A DNA stretch of 64,000 nt from Octopus vulgaris (Eukaryota). This document shows positions 53,872-64,000 of this stretch, one piece after another. The position numbers and the translations under genes were made by a program. Location of the stretch: positions 2,232,001 through 2,296,000 of the forward strand of contig OX597826.1 of assembly GCA_951406725.2 (NCBI GenBank), given 5' to 3'. Position 1 is the stretch's first letter; every line of letters starts with the position of its first letter. Below the pieces are notes generated by a model that ran no database searches, was not told the origin of the DNA, and saw only the letters and a list, made by a program, of their open reading frames with translations.

Positions 53872-54610
53872 TACGCTTGCGTTCTGGTGTTTGCTAAATT
53901 TTCTTGTGAACATAGGGGGTCTACTTCTAGCATAATGGATGTCCACTTAGTGGTCATCCCTCTTATATGTATGTAATATAATTTTTCTGAATATTCAGTT
54001 TTTTTAATATGCTAGACCACTGGTTTTAAATTGATAGCAATCAAATTAATATTCAATTTTTCAACCTTATTATTTTAAATTTCAATTTAAATAACTATGT
54101 TCTCTAACCGGCTAAATTCACTGCAGAGAATCATTTTCTGCAGAATTATTTCCGGTATATTGGTGCGCCAAAATGAAGACTTTTGAAATATAATCCCAAA
54201 TGTAATTGGTGGAACTGTATACATGTTCAATTTCATGCGGACGACCCGTGTATAGTTCTGCAAATTATATTTTGCTATGACGATCACACTGACGAGCTGC
54301 GGGCAATTACTATGTGGTAACAACGAAACCGGCTTTGTGCTTAAACTTTATATTATATACCTTTTCATTTGTCTTGCTCGCTTACGTTCTGGCGTTTGCT
54401 AAATTTTCTTGAGACAATCCTTTCTTAGTGGTAAGACCACAGGGGTCTACATCTTGCATAATGGATGTCCACTTAATGGTCATCCCTCTTATATGTATAA
54501 AATATAATTTTTCTGAATCTTCAGATTTTTCAATATGCTAGACTACTAGTTTTAAATTGATATTAATCAGATTAATATTCAATTTTTCACCTTTATTATA
54601 TTATATTTAA
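53872..54610 (+). mobile_element. Hammerhead-bearing element with a ~210-230-bp direct repeat (partial tandem)
   Basis: 53872-54080 repeats at 54379-54605 (cgttctgg.gtttgctaaattttcttg...ataatggatgtccactta.tggtcatccctcttatatgtat...aatattcaatttttca). A related fragment lies on the minus strand at ~41400-41480. Confidence 0.8.
54285..54339 (+). ncRNA. Type I hammerhead fold with intact CUGACGA/GAAA but a damaged cleavage triplet
   Basis: CACA-CTGACGA-GCTG...CAAC-GAAA-CCGG-ctt-TGTG; same position in the element as the 22643 motif. Confidence 0.6.
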
Positions 54611-54635
54611 AATTATATATATAAAGCGATGGTTT

Positions 54636-55162
54636 GTTGCCAAGTTAATGTAGCAGTAGTAAGAAAGGGAAGAATGCTACTGCTATTTAGCCCCAAGAAA
54701 CAACGTTTGTAGTTAGTTACATGACACAAGCGTTTTCTGTCCTTAAGTTTTCAAGCAGGGCAGGTAAGAACATCCACCCAACAAACCCAGCATGCAGAGA
54801 CTAGTTTTAGTGGAGTAGCTAGGCTCTGCCTGCTGTCGGTGCTAAATCGTTCTTGAAAACTTACAAAATTTCAAGTGAAATAAATTCACTCATTTACAAA
54901 ATTAGAAATATTGCATTTCTCAATCACTCAGGGAGAGTTATGCAGCCAGCAAAGCCATGCTGCTCAAGACTCATGTAGGACAACTAACCTGAAGCAAATT
55001 TCTGGGTGCTGGCTTTGTTGGGTGGAGCTACTTATCATCTCTGTTTGAAAACTTCATGACGTAGAACGCATGTGTGACGTAGGCAACTGGTAACGGTATT
55101 TCTTGGAGCTAAATAGCAGTTGCACACTTCCATTTCCTGGGACTGCCACATTGAGTCGGCAA
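54636..55162. mobile_element. TA-flanked element with ~65-bp diverged terminal inverted repeats
   Basis: ttgccaagttaatgtagcagt...tgctactgctatttagccccaagaaa versus tttcttggagctaaatagcagttgca...actgccacattgagtcggcaa. A related motif lies at 21207-21232. Confidence 0.65.
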
Positions 55163-55225
55163 TATATATATATATATATATATATATGAAAGAAGGTTTG
55201 AAAATGCAATTTAAAAGATGTTTAT

Positions 55226-55270
55226 TTACTTTACCGGTTTCACTCTTTGGAAAAAGATTGTCAAAAGTAA
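55226..55270 (-). ncRNA. Minimal hammerhead fold, U3-A8 core (left arm)
   Basis: TTACTT-TTGACAA-TCTTT-ttcc-AAAGA-gt-GAAA-CCGG-TA-AAGTAA: 6-bp stem I, 5-bp stem II, palindromic ACCGGT. Confidence 0.6.
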
Positions 55271-55650
55271 CATGTGGAAGTTTGGTTGCGTTAATTAATG
55301 GTTGTTGCAAATTGCTACAATATTTCAATGAGCTTGTTAAACTTTTTTTATATTCTCAACATACTGTTGTCACCAAAGACTGTATATTTATATGGATTAT
55401 AGTACTCTGTGTCAACTAATATTCTGTGCATGTTTGAATATACAGATACAATATCAATATCAATTCCTTCTGAAAACTATCTTAAGTATGTCCTTGAGAA
55501 CGATTATTTATGTAATCTTTTGTGCCCAATATTTTAAGAAACTTGTTGAACTTTTTTATGTCCTGAACATGTCCCTGTTACCAAAGACTGTATATATGTA
55601 ATGTAACAATTTGCAACAACCAATAATTAACGCAACTAAACTTCTACATG

Positions 55651-55695
55651 TTACTTTTGACAATCTTTTTCCAAAGAGTGAAACAGGTAAAGTAA
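55651..55695 (+). ncRNA. Minimal hammerhead fold, U3-A8 core (right arm)
   Basis: Same as the left arm except that stem III reads ACAGGT. Confidence 0.55.
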
Positions 55696-55797
55696 ATAAA
55701 CATCTTTTAAATTGCATTTTCAAACCTTCTTTCGTATATAATCCCACTCGTGCGGTACCCCACAACTCCACTTTGTTTTATATATATATATATATAT

Positions 55798-56308
55798 TGA
55801 AGGCATGGCTGCTCTCGCTTATTGGGACCGCCTTAAAGCCTTGAAACTCCAGCGTCGCTGTGAGCGGTACATGATTTGTACGATGTGGAGAATATACCGC
55901 CAACTTTGCCCAAACGACCTGAACATTAGCTTCAAGGTCCATCCAAGACTGGGATCACGGGCCATACGTCCCCTGCCCAATTCAAGATCACATCATACAT
56001 GTACACCGCAACATAATTTCGTTTCCTCAACAGGCCCTACCCTATTTAACATTGTCCCGAAAGAGATCAAAGTGGAAAAGGATCCCATCAACTTTAAACG
56101 GAGTCTGGGTAGATTCCTTCAAGGAATACCAGATAAGCTACCCATAATTGGATACAACTCACCCAACAAAAACTCACTACTTGAATGGACCATAAACAAA
56201 ACTTGACTTAAACAGGATTTAGTTAATCCTATCAGGTGGTGCTATTAAGTTAGACATGGCCTGGACCAATCTTTGGTCGGAACATACCTAAGTTTTATCT
56301 AAGTTTTA
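55798..56308 (+). mobile_element. 5'-truncated CR1-group LINE 3' end (second family), inserted in (TA)n
   Basis: YWDRLKALKLQRRCERY...GPTLFNIVPKEI...FKRSLGRFLQGIPD...NSLL parallels the ORF2 C-terminus ([10 protein letters not shown]...[12 protein letters not shown]...[14 protein letters not shown]...NSLM); tail (ctaagttttat)x2. Confidence 0.9.
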
Positions 56309-56324
56309 TATATATATATAAATA

Positions 56325-56386
<62 letters not shown>

Positions 56387-56917
56387 TAACCTTACGAATT
56401 TTATTACATTGCCGCTCTGTGGGAGCGATTTGAATACAATGGCAACCAAAGGATTGAGAGAAATAGAAAATTGCAGCAAAAATGGCCTGGAACTGAAAAC
56501 CTGATCTACATCATGATAGAAACTGTAACTTAAAAACCGAAAAACGTGATATTTCTTGGTTGACATTTCAAATATATTTCACACGATGTCAAGAACGCAA
56601 TGTATTCAGTTAAAAGCACGTTGACGCATTGTGGAAAGTCTTATGCCTTGCAAATACAGAGCGACAAGTTGTGCTGCGTGTCAACTCTGGTGACTTACGA
56701 CTGCTCTTACGACAACGGCTTACTTGTATGACATGTTTATGTGACTCTGTTGACGATATGCATATTTATGAAGATGTCTATGCATATATAACTTCGTCCT
56801 CTCTCTCTCTCTCTGTCTCTTTCTGTCTCTTTCTCCGTCTGTCTGTGTCTCTTATTCAGGCGTTTATATTTTCTCTTTGTCTAGAAACAGCACACACATA
56901 TACAAAGTATTAGTTGT

Positions 56918-56955
<38 letters not shown>

Positions 56956-57072
56956 CCACACATATATATACATATATATATATATATATGCATGTATGTA
57001 TACACATAACTTTATAAACATTTTTATACATGTCAGCATACAAAAATGGCCTGGAAATGAAAGCCTGATAAT

Positions 57073-57155
<83 letters not shown>

Positions 57156-57381
57156 GTATTATATGCTTCTGTATGCATACATATATACTCACATACAGGC
57201 AAGTGTCTCACACATATCTACATGTTCTTGATTTTCTATAGACCCATGTGTATGTATGCGTGTGTATACCTATAAATGTAATTATGAAGATATGTGATTA
57301 TCTATCTACCTATCTATCTTTCTATATTTATATATATATATGCATATATACATACGTATATGTACATACTTACATCTATAC

Positions 57382-57434
<53 letters not shown>

Positions 57435-57545
57435 TATATTGGTACAGAACGTCACGAAAAGTTACGAAGTACGACTACATCGAAAATCTACTATTTATTC
57501 CAACAACGATAGACAGAAATGGAAAACAAGACAAACAACATAAAG

Positions 57546-57602
<57 letters not shown>

Positions 57603-58001
57603 GTATACGTATAAAGATATACAGATATACAATGATTCTTGAAAACGTTATCAAACTCCATATTATGCACACATTCTTTATGTCCTTGGACGTGAATGTG
57701 TTTCTAATAGCCGGTATTTTATAAAGTCAAGTGTTGTGCTTAGATAGATTCATATGATAATTGTGTTGATTATATGGTTTAGATGAAAAACCTTTGATCG
57801 ATTAAAATGAACTGGCTGATCTGTCTTGAATGACCCACGGATGGATAATTTCAAAATTTTCTGCCTGGCTGTGCTAATTCGGTGCTGACATGCACTCGTC
57901 CAATGCCTGGACGTTGCTGATTTGTGGCTTTATATCGAAAAAGTTTAGCACCGATCCGGCCATCAGTCCATTGTGAAGGCCACCCACTACCTTCATTTAG
58001 T

Positions 58002-58490
58002 GCAGGCGCGTGGCTTAGTGGTTAGGGTGTCAGCATCATGATCGTAAGATTGTGGTTTCGATTCCTCGACCGGGCGATGCTTTGTGTTCTTGAGCAAAAC
58101 ACTCTATTCACGTTGCTCCAGTCCACTTAGCTGGCAGAAATGAGTAACGCTGCGATGGACTGGCGTCCTGTCCAACTGGGGAACACATACGCCATTGAAT
58201 TCGGGAAGCCGGGCCCATGAGCCTGGCTATGCGTTAAAAGGGCGCATTTATTATTTATTTACCGGACGATGTGTGTGTTTATGAGCAAAACACCTAAGCT
58301 CCACACCGCTCCGGCAGAAGGTAATGGCGAACTTCTGCTCACTCTTTCGCCACAACTTTCTCTCACACTTTCCTCCTGTATCTTGCAGCTCACCTGCGAC
58401 GGACCGGCGTCCCGTCCAGGTGGGGAACCTATACGCCAAGGAAGCCGGGAAACCGGCCCTTATGAACCAGGCGTGGCTCGAGAAGGAACA
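58002..58490 (+). mobile_element. Dimeric tRNA-derived SINE (family C, V-domain-like) with a 16-bp TSD
   Basis: A box tggcttagtgg, B box ggtttcgattcc; two units with ctgcga.ggac.ggcgtcc.gtcca; TSD actaccttcatttagt at 57986-58001 and 58491-58506. Confidence 0.9.
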
Positions 58491-59039
58491 ACTACCTTCA
58501 TTTAGTCGGGAAGGGCAAGCAAATTTCGACTGTCTGTGAGTGATGGGGAAAGAGCTTGTGTGTGTGTGTGTAGGGGGGGGCGTCCTCTTGTCCAACACAC
58601 ATGCTATTTCCTCGTGTAGAGATTTCGCTATTTGGTCAAGCCTACATCAACTTCTTATAACTTTCAATTGAAAGGTCAAGTGACACTAGGTCGGGAAGTG
58701 TCACTTGACGGGTATTCTATGAACGGTGGATGTGAGTAGCGTGCATAGGTCGAGTCAACGGATCGGCTCCCAGCATGCTCTTTATTATTGGAGAACGACT
58801 AAACGACAAAGCGTTTGACGAAGTGGACAGGATGACTGTGATGCTTTGTGACGTTACCATGGGTACTCCACGGAAGTCTCTCCTGCTGAGGAACTTCCAT
58901 TATTTCAAATTTTATAGTTGTCTCATTCCTTTTGCTGAAAATCTGTGTACACATGCGGATATCCCCTGGTGTGATTTTCAATTTTGTACCAATGTCGTCG
59001 GTACATTTTATATAGGCCCTTGTTGCCAATAGACAATAT

Positions 59040-59181
59040 GGTGATGGTCATCATCATCATCACCATCATCAGCAACAACAACAACAACATGGTTGTCGTC
59101 ATCGTCGTCATCACCAAAACCAACAACACCGCCGCCACCACCAGCACCAGCACCAAAACCACCAATTCCATCATCATACTC

Positions 59182-59214
<33 letters not shown>

Positions 59215-59746
59215 GACATCATCACTGCCACCATAATGTTCACCAACACAATGACGACCACTACCAACTAGCGTCAAAATCACCATCATCAACATCATTA
59301 GCATTCCTTTCCTCTTCTGCTTCGTCTTCGTCAACTCATCAACATCATCATTACAACCACCACCACCACCACCACCATCATCCTCGTCACTTTCATCATT
59401 ATCATCGTTATATTCCATCTCCTCCTCCTCCTACCACCCCATCATCACCATCATCGTCATCATTTGAACGTAACTTAAACCAGAAATCAAACCACCTGTG
59501 TCTTCCTAATAGATCGGGAAGAGAAAAAAAAAGTTGATTTGAACCAGCAAAAACAAAAAAAACATCAGAAAAACTTCAATAAATAAATAAGACCAAACAT
59601 AAAAAGTAAAATATAATACAGGACAATTAAATCGGACTTGACACCGAATATTTACGAACGCTACTAGTGGAAAAGAATAGCAATAAATAACTCTAAGACC
59701 AACAACAAAGCCGATACTCCTCCTCCTCCTCCTCCTCCTCCTCCTC

Positions 59747-59795
<49 letters not shown>

Positions 59796-59911
59796 AAATA
59801 ATAATGATAATAATGATAATAATAATCATAATAATTGTAATAATAATAATAACAACAATAGTAATAAAATAATAACAACAACAATAATAATAATAACAGG
59901 ACAATAATAAC

Positions 59912-59981
<70 letters not shown>

Positions 59982-60050
59982 TCAACAACAAAAATAACCG
60001 TGTGAACACCTAAAACATCAACGGCAATGATGATGATGATGATGATGATA

Positions 60051-60087
<37 letters not shown>

Positions 60088-60122
60088 CGTTGATGATGAT
60101 GTTGATGATGATGATGATGCCG
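59040..60122. repeat. Compound trinucleotide tracts (CAT)n, (CCA)n, (CCT)n, (ACT)n, (AAT)n, (GAT)n
   Basis: Directly visible. Confidence 0.95.
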
Positions 60123-60205
60123 AGGATATAAAAACAACAATGATAACAATATGAAATAAGTATCACTCAAATAATGACTACAGCATTGGAGCTATATATG
60201 ACAAC

Positions 60206-60267
<62 letters not shown>

Positions 60268-60520
60268 CATTGCAATACCTTAGATGCAAGGAATCAGCGA
60301 GGAGAAGTCGGAAAGCTAGCAAGATTGCGCTTGATAGTATCGGAGAATAAAACAGTAAGATTTATGGAGGAGCATTGGGCTTGCTGCGATTTAATGAGAT
60401 CTATAATTTATTTATTCTCCAGTTTCAATGTACTGGCACGGTATTCTATGCAAATCACATGAAAATATCATTAAAAATAGATTTCAAGGCCGTGCGGGAT
60501 ATATACATATGCATACATAC

Positions 60521-60573
<53 letters not shown>

Positions 60574-60832
60574 AGCTTATATACATATATTTATGTATAC
60601 GTATATGTGTTAATGTAGAAATATATGTTTGTGTGTGGAGTGTGTACAGTTAGAAATAAAATAACTGAATAAGTTACAGCGATCCAGCGATTATATTGAA
60701 ATTTTACGTCAAGCCAGAGCATACGTAAGAAAATAATTATAGATGAACACACATACATACACTACACACACAAACACACTACACACACTCTACACACACA
60801 CATTATACACACACATTACACACACACACACG

Positions 60833-60865
<33 letters not shown>

Positions 60866-61175
60866 GTTGGTTTTGCATATATATTTATAGACATGCGTAT
60901 ATTTATATATACATAAATATTACTGTTTATATATACAGCTGTAAAAGTGTATACGTGAATGCCTAATCTCACGCGGATCCATATTAAGTCTTCTCTCTCC
61001 CTCTATGTATAAGGATTATATGCATGCATCTGGTTGTGTATATATCTATATATATGTATATGCATATAAATAGACATATATGTATGTATATATATATGTT
61101 TATATAAATACATATGCCTCTATGTATGTATATATATATATATATTATACAGAACACATACATATATATACATAT

Positions 61176-61214
<39 letters not shown>

Positions 61215-61317
61215 TATGTATATATAAAGATATATATGTATATATATATATATATATATACAGTACACATACATATATATACATATATACATACAAATAT
61301 ATATACATATATATGTA

Positions 61318-61387
<70 letters not shown>

Positions 61388-61753
61388 AGCGAATATGGAC
61401 GAACAAATTGCTATGTTGCGCATGTATTTATAGAGATGTATAATGGTTTGTTGTCCATTGGTTAAATATAAATTGTAGTTAGAGGTGTGGTAGGTTTCCT
61501 AGCGATTAACGACATTTTTGTGTGTTTTCATATGGATTGTTTATTTTCTCTATTTTCTTTATGGCTTAGACTCTGATATTTTATTATCTGTTCAGCAGGT
61601 AGTTTTCACATCCTTCTTAGCTCTTTGCATTTCATAGGAATACGCAAAATGGATCAAGTGCAGATGTGCATATAGGACTGGGGTATGCACCCATAAACAT
61701 TAGATTTCGCAGTTGAACATAAGTGAGAAAACATGCAAGCATCCATCCATGCT

Positions 61754-61795
<42 letters not shown>

Positions 61796-62349
61796 CACAC
61801 ACACACACATACATACATATATATATATATATATATGAGTGGACACACATACAGATAAATAGGTTGTGATAATTCTCAGATAGTTGGTGATAAGTTACAT
61901 ATATTCCTATATATACGCTGACGAGTTATCATCACCATAGATCTCCTGATGAGTGCAAATACAAAATTATCAGAACTGAGTTCATGAGACTTGAACACCG
62001 AGTGATGTTCTCGTGCCCTGCACTGTTTCACTGTGAAGAAAGTTGGGCCTAACTGTTATCTAAATACTGCTGAGAAGATAAGGGGAAGATGAACTCAAGA
62101 CGATGGTAGAAGTATAGTGGAATGCTACTTCACAAGCAAGCTTCAAGAAAAATAAGGTACAGGAAATGAAGCTATTGGGACTGAGATTCGCATTGTCGAC
62201 CAACAGTAAAGTACCAGCCTATATTCTGTAAGAATCCAACGAAGAGTCTCGTGATTTAAGAAGACTTATTGTCACCATACCTTAGGAAAAGGTTCCTTCC
62301 AATTCGATTAGCATCTTCTAGCTTCATAACAACAACAACAACAATTACT

Positions 62350-62740
62350 GGCAAAGGAAACTAGCGCTGGTAGGTGGGAGCAGAAATTTCTGCATGGCAA
62401 ACATGTGGCTCATAACAAAGGAGCTGATGTTAAACAGAAGCCCACTCAGCAGTGGCTCAAAGCTAATAGCAGAAATTGGGTTTCATCTTAGCTGCTCAAG
62501 ATCAAAGCTTATTGACCCAGAACAACCTAGCCGATGAGATAAAAACGGAGCAGATCTTAAGTACCGCATCTACAATGGTGAAATTAAATATAGTAGCGCA
62601 ATTAATATATCCATGTAAAGGTTACCACAAGCAGAGTGTAAATCAAGACATGACGGAATTGGTTAAAATATTCTACATTGATTAATATGTCGGCAATATA
62701 AAATTAAAAGTGTTGACAACTGGTGTAAGCATCACTTCTT
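62350..62740 (+). mobile_element. Decayed R4/Dong-clade LINE fragment
   Basis: RWEQKFLHGK...ADVKQKPTQQWLK...GFILAAQDQSLLT. Confidence 0.8.
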
Positions 62741-62789
62741 CAATAGTGACGATGTAACAATTTTTCAGAATATGTAACAATTCTTTATT

Positions 62790-63550
62790 AGTGGAGAAAG
62801 TTTGTTAAAAGCTGTTAGAGTTACATCAGGTTATAAGGAAACAAAAAAACCCAACTAAGTTAAAAACAAGATAAAGGAACGGAAATTATCTGACTGGCAG
62901 GAGCAGGCGTTGCATGGTAGATTCCCAAAGATAGTTGCAGCAAATAGTAGTAGTGAGACATGGGTATGGTTGCAGAAACGAAAATTGGAAAGGGTGACAG
63001 AAAGTTTGTTTGTAGCTGCACAACATCAAGCATTAATGCCTAATTTGATAAACGCCAAGACAAACAAAAAACAAGTAGATGCTCAATGTAGGTTATGCAA
63101 ATCAAAAGTGGACTGTAATCCACTGGGAATTATGTACAAAGTTAAGATTTGAACGTAGTAATAAATGGTATGAACCTAGTGAATTACTAGAAAGTAAGAT
63201 ATACAAAATGTTGTGAGACTTTAAAATTCAGATTGACAGAGGAATAGACGCCAGAATGCCTGCTTTAATAGAAGTAGAGAAAGGAAATAGAAAGTGCCAG
63301 ATAATTGACTTTATAATCCCAAATGATGAAAAAATCAATATGAGTGGTATAGAAAAAATACCAAAGTACCAGAACCTAGCCATTGAATTACAGAGACTGT
63401 GGAAAATGCGGATTAAATGTATCCAGGTAGTTATAGGTGAATTGGGAAGTATCGCATAAGATCTGAACAGATGGATAGAAGGACGAGGCATAAAACCTAG
63501 TTTAGAACAGCTGCAGAAAACAGCGTTATTAGGAACAGCTCTGATCTTAT
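62790..63550 (+). mobile_element. Decayed R4/Dong-clade LINE C-terminus (zinc knuckle plus restriction-like endonuclease), different subfamily
   Basis: LHGRF...WLQKRKLERVTESLFVAAQHQAL...CRLC; DF.IQID..IDARMP...CQIIDFIIPND...EKIPKYQNLAIELQRLW...VVIGELG...LQKTALLGTALIL, with stops and frameshifts. Confidence 0.88.
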
Positions 63551-63786
63551 ACCTATTTCTTTACTACCCACAAGGGGCTAAACACAGAGGTGACAAACAA
63601 GGACAGACAAACGGATTAAGTCGATTACATCGACCCCAGTGCGTAACTGGTACTTATTTAGTCGACCCCGAAAGGATGAAAGGCAAAGTCGACCTCGGCG
63701 GAATTTGAACTCAGAACGTAGCGGCAGACGAAATACTGCTAAGCATTTCGCCCGGCGTGCTAACGTTTCTGCCAGCTCACCGCCTT
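63551..63786 (-). mobile_element. Young full-length family B SINE with a 13-bp TSD
   Basis: TSD gctctgatcttat at 63538-63550 and 63787-63799. Confidence 0.93.
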
Positions 63787-63799
63787 GCTCTGATCTTAT

Positions 63800-64000
63800 G
63801 CCGCCAATATGAAACCTTCAGTCTCTACTTTCAGTCCTGGACTTCTCTGCCACGGATGAGTTGTTGCTTGGTCTACATCAGCATTTCGGCTTTCGAAGTT
63901 CATGCAGAGGCTTCTGGCTCCAGTGCTCCTTAATTTGTTTCAGACCGTTCTTTTTCTGCAGTCTGCTTGATCTATTTTGCTTGTTTAGGGGCAGTAATGT
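63800..64000 (-). mobile_element. R4/Dong-clade LINE fragment, opposite strand
   Basis: Minus strand WSQKPLH...NADVDQATTHPWQRSPGLKVETEGFILAA. Confidence 0.8.

Larger units (their letters stand above)
55188..55733. mobile_element. TA-flanked element with ~130-bp terminal inverted repeats, each holding a hammerhead fold
   Basis: Arms 55188-55320 and 55602-55733 are near-identical reverse complements; an internal ~70-bp diverged direct repeat lies at ~55319 and ~55528. Confidence 0.85.

Noticed and set aside
58002-58075. tRNA gene (also the other SINE heads at 24370-24443, 38223 and 14979)
   Set aside because: A and B boxes are present, but no complete cloverleaf is evident and each continues into a repeated SINE body.

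Overview
Repeat-dense, AT-rich eukaryotic DNA. The SINE families and the extreme (TA)n/(CA)n/(AAT)n load point to an octopus genome; this is an inference from recalled repeat consensi, not a search. I found no convincing host protein-coding gene, and nearly all ORFs in the track are microsatellite read-outs. Supported content: (i) a 5'-truncated CR1-group LINE at 26241-29778, inserted in (TA)n, with an intact ORF2 and a CCCH zinc finger in the ORF1 remnant, plus two decayed relatives; (ii) R4/Dong-type restriction-like-endonuclease LINE fragments; (iii) many tRNA-derived SINEs, one family of which shares a covarying 3' stem-loop with the LINE; (iv) a decayed 5S rRNA copy, a Tigger-like MITE and a 1250-bp higher-order tandem repeat. 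The most interesting signal is a set of short non-coding insertions in (TA)n tracts, often fold-back, that carry minimal type I hammerhead ribozyme folds. Their cores differ between families but keep the tertiary 3-8 base pair (C3-G8, U3-A8, G3-C8), and one family carries A6U in three of its four copies. This fits a diverse Penelope-like or retrozyme-type system concentrated in microsatellites. All structures were read by eye; no activity is shown.
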